Shown in pieces: positions 55,274-64,000 of a stretch of DNA of 64,000 bases. Position 1 is the first letter of the stretch; each line of letters starts with the position of its first letter. Below the pieces are notes generated by a model. That model made no database searches and was not told the origin of the DNA. It saw only the letters and a list, made by a program, of their open reading frames with translations. The DNA is from an uncultured Chlorobiaceae bacterium (lineage in GTDB: Bacteria; Bacteroidota; Ignavibacteria; UBA10030; SZUA-254), in NCBI GenBank assembly GCA_964484465.1, contig CAZAFL010000016.1, positions 4,072 through 68,071 of the forward strand, in the 5' to 3' direction. The position numbers and the translations under genes are program-made.

Positions 55274-56182
55274 CTAATCTTCTGCAAAAAAATCTGAGTC
55301 AATCCGCTTTATCTCGTAAACCGACGATGGTGCAACCCCCAAGTTGAAATCAATCATGTAGTTCGCCAACGTCTTATTGTCGATCAGAATCACCTTAGGA
55401 TCGATAGTTTCGACATATGCCTTCGCATCCTCCGAAAAGCGCCCGGTCGTTATGAAGACACCTTTCTTTGCACGCTTGCCATGGAGGGCACCGACAAATC
55501 GCTGGATCTCGGGACGACCAACCGTGCCTTCCCATTTCTTTGCTTGCAGATAGATGACATCTAGCCCCAATCGATCCTCTTTGATGATGCCATCAACTCC
55601 TTCATCCCCGGAATGGCCAATCGCTTGACCTGCGTCCTCGATTGAGCCACCGTAACCCATAGCTACCATGAGCTCGACAACCAGATGTTCAAAGAACTCG
55701 GGGGAATTCGCTTTCACTCGATCGATAAGATCACTGGCAAGTTGGTTTCTAATTCCTTGGTAAGCGTGCTGTAGTGTCTCCTCTGGAGTATCTACCGCAG
55801 TTATGATATCCCTTTCATCTTCGCCTGTTTGATGGCGCTCTGCGTTATGAAACTCGATGAACTCCGGATATCGATTGAGGATTCGAACGTCGATCCGTGG
55901 GAGTCCCTCTTGATGCAATTTGCGTCCTCTCTCTGTGATTCGGAAGTAAGCTCGGCGTGTCGACTCGAGAACGCCCGCTTGGACAAAATAGCTTTTAGCC
56001 CAGGCGACTCGGTTCTCGAACTTCGTCTGATTACCGCTAGCGAGTTTTTCAGCGCGGTCGGCTTCGCTTATGCCCATCGATTGAGCTATTCGATCACGAG
56101 CATCACGAATTGAATGCTCCTGTCCGTCGGATGCTACGTCGAGAAGAGGTTTGAAGAATGATTGAAAATCTGGAACTGGCAT
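55274..56182 (-). CDS. mrr: Mrr-family type IV (modification-dependent) restriction endonuclease
   Basis: N-terminal Mrr_N winged helix. C-terminal PD-(D/E)xK Mrr_cat segment ('GDEGVDGIIKEDRLGLDVIYLQAKKW'). 302 aa, about the length of E. coli Mrr. Confidence 0.75.
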   Translation of the reverse strand: MPVPDFQSFFKPLLDVASDGQEHSIRDARDRIAQSMGISEADRAEKLASGNQTKFENRVAWAKSYFVQAGVLESTRRAYFRITERGRKLHQEGLPRIDVRILNRYPEFIEFHNAERHQTGEDERDIITAVDTPEETLQHAYQGIRNQLASDLIDRVKANSPEFFEHLVVELMVAMGYGGSIEDAGQAIGHSGDEGVDGIIKEDRLGLDVIYLQAKKWEGTVGRPEIQRFVGALHGKRAKKGVFITTGRFSEDAKAYVETIDPKVILIDNKTLANYMIDFNLGVAPSSVYEIKRIDSDFFAED

Positions 56183-56314
56183 ATACTATCTTAAATTTGA
56201 CACTCTTTAGATCGTGCTGCGAGCTTTCGCATATCTATTTAATTACGCACCGCATATACATTGGAATGCTTAAAGCAACTAACGTAATTCAAGCTCCGAG
56301 TTTCAATAACGCCA

Positions 56315-58852
56315 TTACTTCACCAACAACATTTTCCTTACCTGTGTGAAACCCTTCCCTCCATCAGTAACGCTGACGGCATCGAGCCGATAAAAATAAA
56401 CGTCACTGGAATTCTTCGACGCATCCCAAACAACGGATTTGTAACCTGCTTCCTGGATTCCGTCAACCAGCGTTGCTACAACCTGTCCGAGCGTGTTGTA
56501 AATTTTTAACGTGACCTTGCTGTCGGCAGGCAATTGATAACGTATGGTCGTCGTTGGGTTGAAAGGATTCGGGTAACTCTCCGAAAGAGCAAACTCTTTC
56601 GGTTTGGTGGTTTCTGTAATGGTCTGAGGTGCGGTCGCTGGTCTGCCTCCGACGACATGGACGACATCAGTCCCCTCAAACGGAGTCCCATCAACAAGTT
56701 TGCCTGTGAATGTCAACCTTACATTATCACCCGCGTTCGCATTCCCCACTGCTTTTGCAACGTCTTCAGATTTAAACTTCAATATCAGGTCGTTGAATCC
56801 GTCGGCAACCGCAACCGGACAACTGTTCGTATCATTCGGCGCCGTTTCAATATCCTGAACATTAAACGAAACCGGGAAACCACCTCCAATGGTAACAGAA
56901 GCCGGATCAATATGTGTAACGTCATGCAACGCTGTGCCGAGTATCGCAACCTGAACCATTCCCCTCGAGTGCGGGTTAAAAACATTATCGCATGAACCGG
57001 GTTTGAAGTCGACATGCATATAGTCCTGAAGATATCGCAGGATAATATCGTCGAGACGCAGCCGGCTGCTTCTGCCGGAATAGTCACGGAAGCCCACATA
57101 GTACTGTGCCTCTGCCGGAACCATGAAATCAACTTCAACGGGAACAAATGCGGTGTTCGTATTGAAGCCGGTGCTGTTATAAATAACTCTGTTCAGAGCG
57201 CTGTTTGTTTGTGAGGTTCCAATTGCGACCGCGAGACTTTCAATACCGTTTGCTGCAGCAATATTCGTGCGTTCCCACCAACTCAGGTCATACAGCTTCT
57301 CCGGTTGAAGGTTCACTCCACTTGTGATTAGCCAGTCGTCTGAACTCGGACGACCTGACGTTGGATTAAACGCATCATACGGAGGAGTATGGAACAACAA
57401 ATTGTCATGTCTCCAGGAACCGCCAAATCCGTCTTTGTCTTCCACTTTCCATCCGCACGGCGGAAATGCGATTGAGCCAAAAGTCTCAGCAAAGAACGAA
57501 GCACCCGGACCGAACCGTTGGTTGGCGAAATCGATGCTGAGCACACGTCCGCACAATGGCGTGGTAACAGACTGCGATGCATCGCACGTCGTCGGCTGCA
57601 ATTCTGTCCAGCCTGCCTGAGACTCCTCGGTGACAACAAAGGTTCCCTGAGGAAGACCGTTGAATTCGAATCTTCCGTTTGCATCGGTGGTTGTTGTCTG
57701 ATTCGCAGCACCTGACAGATGAACAATCCAACTTTGCAATCCAACATCATTCTGATTGAACAGCCCATCGCCGTTCTGGTCGTTAAAAACATTCCCTTCA
57801 ATCGTCAAATCAGCATCTGCAGGATTTTTCGCTTGGAACAATCCATTTACAGGGGCACTTCCTGTTCCCGCTACCCAAATGTCATCGCCCGCCATCGGGT
57901 GCACCTTGATATTCCACGCGCTAAACGATGGATCCAGACCGGTGGTAAGATTTTCGAATGTCGACCCACCGTCTATCGTCCTCTCGACCCCAAAAATGCT
58001 GGTGCCGAAAAGTCCGACATAGAGGATTTCAGGATGTTGAGCATCGATATCCAGTGACCAGACGTTGTGTCCCTGCAGTGACGTCTTGAACCAGTTATCC
58101 CCGCCGTCTGTGGTCTTGCGCAGGCACGCAAGTGCATCATCGCCGAACACTGTTGCATACGCTGTATCGGGATGGAGAGGGTCGAACACAATTTTAGGAA
58201 TTTCATCGGTATGGTCGTCACTCACGACGGTCCAGTGAACACCATAATCAACGCTCTTGGCAATCTGGCTCCCTCCTGCTCCGGCGTAAAGAACGTTTGA
58301 CATGTTGGGTCGGATCGCCAGCCCGCAAAGCTCGCGAACAGCAAGAGTAGTATCAGTTACCCGCGAAAGGCTGTCCCAATGCGCGCCTGCATCGAGGCTT
58401 CTAAAAATGGCGGCGTTGGTGAGCTTTCCCGCAAAGACAGTATCCGGATGTAAATGATCGTACACAATGCTTTCACCATCCATACCGTAACCTGGGAGGA
58501 CATTGAGCCAAGTTCTTCCACCATCGCTTGTACGGTAAAGAGCATTACTGTTGCCATCCCCGCCTACAAGGATCGTTGAAGTATCAGGAAGTACCAATAT
58601 CTCTCTCAAATTGGAAATCGGAGGTTGACTTTTGAGCAACCCCCATGATTTGCCTTTATCGTGCGAGACAGAAATCCCTGAGGCGGATTCCGAGTAAAGC
58701 GTGTTCCGGTTTAGAGGGTTGATCCCGACACAAAGTCCGCGGCTTTCAAATACCTTGCACCAGAATTTAGTTTGGGCTTCTGTGTAAGGGGTGCTGGTTA
58801 GTACAACAAAGAGTAAGAATGCAGAAAAAAATTGCGGGAACAACGACTTCAT
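56315..58852 (-). CDS. T9SS-secreted protein: sialidase-like Asp-box beta-propeller, SdrD-B-like domain, T9SS C-terminal domain
   Basis: Asp-boxes SHDKGKSW, TSDGGRTW, SLDAGAHW, SVDYGVHW, TTDGGDNW, TIDGGSTF. 'VFNDQNGDGLFNQNDVGLQSWIVHL'. C-terminus 'YPNPFNPTTTIRYQLPADSKVTLKIYN'. Confidence 0.7.
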   Translation of the reverse strand: MKSLFPQFFSAFLLFVVLTSTPYTEAQTKFWCKVFESRGLCVGINPLNRNTLYSESASGISVSHDKGKSWGLLKSQPPISNLREILVLPDTSTILVGGDGNSNALYRTSDGGRTWLNVLPGYGMDGESIVYDHLHPDTVFAGKLTNAAIFRSLDAGAHWDSLSRVTDTTLAVRELCGLAIRPNMSNVLYAGAGGSQIAKSVDYGVHWTVVSDDHTDEIPKIVFDPLHPDTAYATVFGDDALACLRKTTDGGDNWFKTSLQGHNVWSLDIDAQHPEILYVGLFGTSIFGVERTIDGGSTFENLTTGLDPSFSAWNIKVHPMAGDDIWVAGTGSAPVNGLFQAKNPADADLTIEGNVFNDQNGDGLFNQNDVGLQSWIVHLSGAANQTTTTDANGRFEFNGLPQGTFVVTEESQAGWTELQPTTCDASQSVTTPLCGRVLSIDFANQRFGPGASFFAETFGSIAFPPCGWKVEDKDGFGGSWRHDNLLFHTPPYDAFNPTSGRPSSDDWLITSGVNLQPEKLYDLSWWERTNIAAANGIESLAVAIGTSQTNSALNRVIYNSTGFNTNTAFVPVEVDFMVPAEAQYYVGFRDYSGRSSRLRLDDIILRYLQDYMHVDFKPGSCDNVFNPHSRGMVQVAILGTALHDVTHIDPASVTIGGGFPVSFNVQDIETAPNDTNSCPVAVADGFNDLILKFKSEDVAKAVGNANAGDNVRLTFTGKLVDGTPFEGTDVVHVVGGRPATAPQTITETTKPKEFALSESYPNPFNPTTTIRYQLPADSKVTLKIYNTLGQVVATLVDGIQEAGYKSVVWDASKNSSDVYFYRLDAVSVTDGGKGFTQVRKMLLVK

Positions 58853-59319
58853 ACGGTGTTGATCTCCTTCCTGAGAGAAATTGTCAATTAAAGTAATAAT
58901 AAAAATCGTCGACGTATGCGTTGGATTCTCAACGTCTGTCGTTATTGCCCATTAAATGCCGAGCTAGACGTTCTATTGTTATTACGAAAACGAGAAAAAC
59001 GAGGAAAACTAAAGTTGCCTTCAACGATGAAGGGTAGCCCGCCGTGATGATGGAAATATAACATTCCGGGGATGGATTGTCAATATGAACGACAATGATA
59101 AACGAAGGTCAACAGCACTGTCTACATAGTAAGAGCAGTAAGTATAATCGCTTTTGGAAATAAACGGAACCGATACTTATAATTAATCTCCTTCAACATT
59201 TTTCCATAGCTCAAGCGAATGTACCGTTGCCCTTCTTTATTTTTTTATATGCGATGAACTTTGGCTCGATGTTTTCCATCAGGCAGGATAAGTAAAAGAT
59301 GAAGCGCTTTTCATTCCGT

Positions 59320-59943
59320 TCAGTTCGCCGCACTTACCAGTGGTCGTATTTGATAAATAGAATTCGTCCACACTAAGTGTCCTGAATAAGTAAACGTGTT
59401 ACCGTAATCCGGCTGAAACTGCCCGAAATAAGGATCATCGACGTACACCAGGGATTCTACATCCGTATTGAATATGCCAAGGAATTTGTGCTGAATTTGT
59501 TTGTATCCATATATCACCACAACGTGACCGGAAAACGAACCTAAGTAAGCTATTATTATTGGTCTGCCTCCATCAATCTCCGATTGGATTTGATCAAAGG
59601 TAAGTGGTCCTGCCTGAGTCGATGTCAAACCTGTGGCATAAAGGGCCTGTTGAATTTCATATAATTGCCCAGTCCGTCCCGAACAAGAAAAAGGATCAAA
59701 GCAGCAATCATAATTCAGGAAAGCACCAACAATTTGGCACTGTTGGACCGGTCGAGTATAATAATCACAGACCATCTGAATAGTTGCTGCCCAGCACCAC
59801 GATTGAGTAAGCTGTTGTTGATAGGTGACATGCAAAGAATTTTCCTTGATGACGGAGTTATCACATCCACCAATCATTAGCAGAAATCCAAGAACAGAAA
59901 TGGCTATTTTGCGCATATAATTGCCTTTCACTTGCATCATCAT
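59320..59943 (-). CDS. Papain-fold (C39-like / Peptidase_C39_2-type) cysteine peptidase lipoprotein
   Basis: Lipobox 'MIGGC'. Catalytic-Cys context 'QSWCWAATIQ'. His context 'SGHVVVIYGY'. The probable start is the internal Met 'MRKIAISV'. Confidence 0.6.
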   Translation of the reverse strand: MMMQVKGNYMRKIAISVLGFLLMIGGCDNSVIKENSLHVTYQQQLTQSWCWAATIQMVCDYYTRPVQQCQIVGAFLNYDCCFDPFSCSGRTGQLYEIQQALYATGLTSTQAGPLTFDQIQSEIDGGRPIIIAYLGSFSGHVVVIYGYKQIQHKFLGIFNTDVESLVYVDDPYFGQFQPDYGNTFTYSGHLVWTNSIYQIRPLVSAAN

Positions 59944-59975
59944 TTCTCCAGATTGTTTTTACTGAGGATTTATCA

Positions 59976-60010
59976 GAACAGCCGGCCCAATCCACCGCTA
60001 CCGGCTGTTC
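59976..60010. terminator. Perfect 10-bp inverted repeat GAACAGCCGG-(15 nt)-CCGGCTGTTC between two minus-strand genes
   Basis: Direct reading. No U-tract. Confidence 0.35.
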
Positions 60011-60124
60011 ACTTCGCCTTCCTTCATCAGGCACTTTATTTCACGAGCAACATTTTCTTCACAACCGCTGCTTTCTCCGATTATAGACGATCAAAAAATA
60101 TATGCCGGTAGCGTGAGCATACGT

Positions 60125-61873
60125 CTATTTGCTTGAGAATATTTTTGCAATCGGGGTTGCGTAACCGATTTGCATAAGCAGGTTGTTTTGTGGTGAGTTA
60201 AGGTAGAGTATCGACCGCAGGAAAATCGCAGTCGACCTGTCACTCGGGTCGGGATGAATGTTGATGTTACCCTGAAACTTCCATATTGCATTCTGCCGGA
60301 CAAAGTAACGAGGGTCAATTCCTAATGGCAGGGTACTCGACACCTTACTCTCCGGAACGGCCACTTCAGTCTGTTTTATGGTTCTGTCGATCAACCCTGA
60401 AAACATGACCCCCATCCCCGCCTCGAAATCTATCCTATCGCTGTTGATGAATTGCATTTTCAAATCCGGCATTATGTAGCTCGAAAGAATATTTCTTTTA
60501 TCTTCCCGAATGACAAGACTATCGTTTGGTGTAACCGCAAAGGAACTGTCAACAGCTGTGCGAAATATTCCCGCAACGAGATCGAGCCTCAGCTTAAGGC
60601 TTTGGGAGGTGGCAGAAACAAGGCCAACGTCAATACCCAGGTGAAGATGTGAATATCGGAACAGGTCAAACGTCGACGCGTAGTTGAATGAATTCCTTTT
60701 ATTGGTCTGATCGACGTAAAGATTCAATGGCAAGGTGCTTGTTTTATCTTCTATTTTAGAAAATGTGAGGAACGGCGAAACGCTCGGGAAAAAAGTACCC
60801 CATAATTCCCATATATTGAACGCATATTTTGTTCTTGCGATAATCTGATATTTTCCCTCAAGTTGTACGAGTCCGTTCGGGTTTTTTTCCTGGATGCCCG
60901 TAAGGTCAGTGTAGATGCGTATATCAAAACTTCGCTCGATGCTTGGCTTGTACAATGTTACTTCTACACTATCACGATTTAGCCGCACCACCTGGTCTTC
61001 AGGTCTGTATGTTCCGGAACTAAACGGCACACGCCTTTCGAAAGACAGTACACTTGCGAAATCGAGCTGATATGTAGCAGAATCGCTGTATTGCGCTTCA
61101 AGGATATTTTGACCAAGCGTATTCAGGTCGGCAATATCTGTGGGAGAGGACATTGTTGCGGGCTTCACATTACGAAAGAAGAATGTTTCGGATGAATCTG
61201 AGGTTCGGTTTACTAATCTTTTTGCTGAGATTAAAATATCCTTCAAAATACCGTCTTCGAATGCTACCTGGGCTTCCGTGAACCTCCAATTTGTATCTTG
61301 AACTGCAAACGTAGTGTCATCAGATGTCGATAAATGCACAACCGATGAAAAGAAACTCCTTCGCCGAGATAATTTGAGTTTAACGTTTAGCCGGTCCATT
61401 CTCTTGACCCTGAGTATTCCTATATTGATTTTTTCTTTTTCGAGAGCGAGCGCTGCACCAATCTCGTTCTTCGCATTTTTTTTCACGATTTGGATGTAGA
61501 GGTCGCGTGCGATTTTTGATTTGTCGTTTGCTGTAAGATCCGCGAGGTCGGCTTTGTGCTTGTCTAACAATTTATTGACAGCAGCCTCAAAATTCTGGGG
61601 CTCGAATTCGAGGATAGTCGTGGTTTCTCGTTCTGCATCCTTGTCCACATCAGGCACAAACATCACTGTGTAGAGATGGTTCGATGGTCCGGAAACATAG
61701 ACCCGCAGGATGTGGTCGTTGTAGACGATTTCGGCGGAGGTTTCACGCTGGGCTACGGGTGCGTCCTGCCCCGAACAGAAATTAAAAATCGATATCAAAC
61801 CGGCGACAGAACAGATAACAATTCTATATTCCATTCGCGTAAGATTTTTTAACCATTGTAATACCAGCCTCAT
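60125..61873 (-). CDS. Hypothetical secreted/outer-membrane protein, 582 aa
   Basis: Signal peptide after the internal Met (MEYRIVICSVAGLISIFNFCSG). Beta-rich. No family recognised. Confidence 0.4.
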   Translation of the reverse strand: MRLVLQWLKNLTRMEYRIVICSVAGLISIFNFCSGQDAPVAQRETSAEIVYNDHILRVYVSGPSNHLYTVMFVPDVDKDAERETTTILEFEPQNFEAAVNKLLDKHKADLADLTANDKSKIARDLYIQIVKKNAKNEIGAALALEKEKINIGILRVKRMDRLNVKLKLSRRRSFFSSVVHLSTSDDTTFAVQDTNWRFTEAQVAFEDGILKDILISAKRLVNRTSDSSETFFFRNVKPATMSSPTDIADLNTLGQNILEAQYSDSATYQLDFASVLSFERRVPFSSGTYRPEDQVVRLNRDSVEVTLYKPSIERSFDIRIYTDLTGIQEKNPNGLVQLEGKYQIIARTKYAFNIWELWGTFFPSVSPFLTFSKIEDKTSTLPLNLYVDQTNKRNSFNYASTFDLFRYSHLHLGIDVGLVSATSQSLKLRLDLVAGIFRTAVDSSFAVTPNDSLVIREDKRNILSSYIMPDLKMQFINSDRIDFEAGMGVMFSGLIDRTIKQTEVAVPESKVSSTLPLGIDPRYFVRQNAIWKFQGNINIHPDPSDRSTAIFLRSILYLNSPQNNLLMQIGYATPIAKIFSSK

Positions 61874-61992
61874 TTATGGTTCATGTATATTATAGTTGGA
61901 GAATGCGATATGAAACTATTTAAATGTTTGTTCAACTGTATGCAGATTTATTTTCGAATCCTGAAGGAAAGATGACAATCACACCTGATCGT

Positions 61993-62391
61993 TTATGGTG
62001 ATTCTCCGACATCGGTGATAACTAAGGGGCATACTCTGCACGCATCGATTCCAACCTGACCATACCATCGACAGTAAGCACGGATGGCACAATCTTGGAC
62101 GAGCATGTCTTTCGCTAAAAGTTTGCCGTGTGGAAGAATTTCGTCTATGATTCCACAACGCTCGCCTGTCCATTGGGTACAGGAATGCATGACGCAGTTA
62201 TTGGCAAATCGGAATCTTTTTTCCGGAGAGCGCCCCTTGCTCGCAGCTTGTATGAAATCGTTGTCGATGGTGATAGGTTGCTGGAGCAAATCTACACTCC
62301 CTTTTCGATTTACGACGCCGATCAACTTCGCGCCGCCCCGACAAGTGGAGCTTGGACACAAGGTCGACGATTTTGTCACATTGGAATCCAA
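61993..62391 (-). CDS. Cys-rich hypothetical ORF (11 Cys) with a TTG start. In frame with the upstream 77-aa ORF across a single TGA, so it may be the C-terminal part of one longer protein
   Basis: Codon-by-codon reading: ...E-K-A-TGA-ACC-ATA-TTG-GAT-TCC... This ORF's 'M' is the TTG two codons after the TGA. Confidence 0.4.
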   Translation of the reverse strand: MDSNVTKSSTLCPSSTCRGGAKLIGVVNRKGSVDLLQQPITIDNDFIQAASKGRSPEKRFRFANNCVMHSCTQWTGERCGIIDEILPHGKLLAKDMLVQDCAIRAYCRWYGQVGIDACRVCPLVITDVGESP

Positions 62392-62397
62392 TATGGT

Positions 62398-62631
62398 TCA
62401 AGCCTTTTCCAAATTTTTAATTTTCTGTAAATCCGGAAAATAGATGATTCCTCTCCAGATAGGACCAAAATTCGCAAGCAAACCACCACGCTGTAAATTT
62501 AAGTCGACACTTGCCAGCTCAGTCATGACGGCTTTCTGTACGGCGGTTGTAATGCGTGCAAGCTGCTCGTCGGAAAGGTTTAACCCTTCCAGATTGACAG
62601 TGAATTTGTGGTTTTTTTTTGATTCGCTCAT
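62398..62631 (-). CDS. Cys-free 77-aa hypothetical ORF ending in TGA. Possible N-terminal part of a read-through or selenocysteine protein
   Basis: See above. No family recognised; it is not TusA-like and not obviously an NHLP/Nif11 leader. Confidence 0.4.
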   Translation of the reverse strand: MSESKKNHKFTVNLEGLNLSDEQLARITTAVQKAVMTELASVDLNLQRGGLLANFGPIWRGIIYFPDLQKIKNLEKA

Positions 62632-62749
62632 GGTAAAAGTCCTTTTGTTAGTATGTGGGAAAAACTCCTTGGTAATTGAACCAGTGTTTCACAAATTAGA
62701 AGTATGTCTAAACGTAATTTTTTCTCCTTTGCGGATTTTTCCCTGATTG

Positions 62750-63490
62750 TTAGTTAGCAACATCCGCCAAGTCGGCTTGTAATTGTTCAAAATCAAAACC
62801 AGGGGTAAAATCGGCTTTCTTCGCCTCCGGAGGAAGAATTGCATACGCCTCGTCAACACATTCGTCCCACCACGCCCACGTTCCTTTTTGTGTATTGCCC
62901 CAGGTAAGTACAGTCACATCTGTCGCATCGTATCCGACAGCAAACACTGCGTGACCATCGGCTGTTAATGGACCTGGTGTCCATGGTTGCCCTGCTTGGA
63001 ATTCCTCGACGCAATTCTGCTGAACCTGAAATCCCAGATAGACGCCACCAAAAAGCTGAATTGCCTGCTGAACATGAGTATGATTTTTCACATCAATGCT
63101 CGTATAGGCAAGAATTTTATCGCCTGATCCAGGGTGTGATTGCCAGTAGTTTAGCACATCAAGCTCATTCAATCCCGAATCTACTCCACCTGTAAGGTGA
63201 TAGTATAACTTGACAACATTCTTCTGGGACCAAATTTTCTTTTTACCTATGAGACCGCGAAAAACTGTAACAGCGTGGGCCAAGGCAGCAATAGTGCAGT
63301 CGCCCAATGCATCATTTCCATCTATCGGGAATAACACTGTCGGGTCGGATATATTCAGCTTTTCGTAAACTCTTTGCAAAATATTTAGCGAGGGAGGGGG
63401 GGCCGCAAGAGCTGCAGTAAGATATTTTTTTAGTTGCAACGTACGATAGTCTTGCTTTGGCGGATGTTTTCCGAATCGATAATTCGGCAT
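62750..63490 (-). CDS. Cytoplasmic papain-like (C1-type) cysteine peptidase homolog
   Basis: 'TADGHAVFAVGYD' matches the papain His motif (D-H-A-V-x-x-V-G-Y). Candidate nucleophile in 'ALGDCTIAALAHA'. No signal peptide. Confidence 0.5.
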   Translation of the reverse strand: MPNYRFGKHPPKQDYRTLQLKKYLTAALAAPPPSLNILQRVYEKLNISDPTVLFPIDGNDALGDCTIAALAHAVTVFRGLIGKKKIWSQKNVVKLYYHLTGGVDSGLNELDVLNYWQSHPGSGDKILAYTSIDVKNHTHVQQAIQLFGGVYLGFQVQQNCVEEFQAGQPWTPGPLTADGHAVFAVGYDATDVTVLTWGNTQKGTWAWWDECVDEAYAILPPEAKKADFTPGFDFEQLQADLADVAN

Positions 63491-63540
63491 GCGAGGAAAC
63501 TCCTTTCTGTTACGGATTGGTGTTGTGAAATATTATTCGT

Positions 63541-64000
63541 TTATGTCCAGTTATTGAGCGCCCAGATGATTAGGTCAACCATTGGCGACCCAGCAGCGGC
63601 GATGTTGTTGTCTTCACCGAAGAACCATGGGAAATCGTACTCTCGTTCTTGCCCTGAGACTTCACCGACTATGTAAGGACCATCGTCCCACCAAGCAAAG
63701 AAAGGGCCGCCAGAGTTGCCGGGGGACGAGTCACCGTTGTCTGTTTCCAATTCCATTGCATCGCCGTCTTCATCATCATCGTGGAAACTTATGGCCCCCT
63801 GCCAAGAAGGTTGTTCTCCACCGGCTACCATGCCCGGGTATCCTACGAGGTTCCAATAATTGCCGTCATTCCATCCGTCATCGTAGGTCTTACTACCAAA
63901 CCAACCGAGGGAGTCACCCAACGGATCATATAACTTCATCACGCAGTAGTCCCATGCAGACACCTGATCATTTGTGTCATACCCATAGTAACTTTCTACA
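63541..64000 (-). CDS. Trypsin-fold (S1, V8/glutamyl-endopeptidase-like) serine peptidase, N-terminus beyond the window
   Basis: 'GNSGGPFF' (GDSGGP-type catalytic Ser) and 'DYCVMKL' (Asp102-region motif). The His57 region must lie upstream of 64000. Confidence 0.55.
   Translation of the reverse strand, partial: VESYYGYDTNDQVSAWDYCVMKLYDPLGDSLGWFGSKTYDDGWNDGNYWNLVGYPGMVAGGEQPSWQGAISFHDDDEDGDAMELETDNGDSSPGNSGGPFFAWWDDGPYIVGEVSGQEREYDFPWFFGEDNNIAAAGSPMVDLIIWALNNWT

Noticed and set aside
62398-62631. NHLP/Nif11-type RiPP leader peptide
   Set aside because: Despite the length (77 aa) and the nearby C39-like peptidase, the sequence lacks the nitrile-hydratase-alpha-like or Nif11 consensus and has no Gly-Gly cleavage motif. 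It is kept only as hypothetical.
1-64000. CRISPR arrays, tRNA/rRNA genes, IS elements or integrases
   Set aside because: No spaced direct repeats, cloverleaf-like GC-rich 75-90 nt intergenic segments, or transposase/integrase-like ORFs were seen in any intergenic region or frame.

Overview
This 64 kb window looks like chromosomal DNA from a member of the FCB superphylum (Ignavibacteria, Calditrichia or Bacteroidota-like). The evidence is five predicted secreted proteins with C-terminal type IX secretion (T9SS) sorting domains ('NPFNPTTTIRY...'), many BNR/Asp-box beta-propellers, and several sigma-54 NtrC-type two-component systems. I call about 49 protein-coding genes, mostly on the minus strand, and found no rRNA, tRNA, CRISPR array, transposase or integrase.

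The window divides into seven blocks:
(1) 1-3.3 kb: a sigma-54 two-component system. The response regulator gene runs off the window edge and is absent from the ORF track.
(2) 3.4-6.6 kb: a secreted and redox set, with a T9SS cargo protein, a di-heme c-type cytochrome, an 85-aa Cys-rich secreted peptide and a TlpA-like thiol-disulfide oxidoreductase.
(3) 6.7-28.4 kb: a 21-gene co-directional purine-catabolism supercluster. It strongly resembles the E. coli ygeV-ygfT region and the selenium-dependent molybdenum hydroxylase neighbourhood of purine fermenters. Embedded in it is a pair resembling PduS (RnfC-like Fe-S flavoprotein) and PduT (tandem-BMC-domain shell protein).
(4) 28.5-43.9 kb: BNR/sortilin-like surface proteins and a PNAG-like exopolysaccharide locus.
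(5) 44-53.3 kb: four cupredoxin (blue-copper) proteins, two of them T9SS cargo, wrapped around a second sigma-54 kinase/regulator pair and a beta-barrel outer-membrane protein.
(6) 53.5-58.9 kb: a beta-propeller lipoprotein flanked by two copies of a GGTCGGGAG/CTCCCGACC palindrome, an orphan Mrr-type restriction endonuclease, and a BNR T9SS cargo protein.
(7) 59.3-64 kb: a peptidase-rich cluster. Two short ORFs sit in the same frame separated only by a TGA and two codons, with the second starting at TTG. This is a candidate selenocysteine or read-through site.

All functional calls come from motif and family recognition by eye. None have been confirmed by database search.
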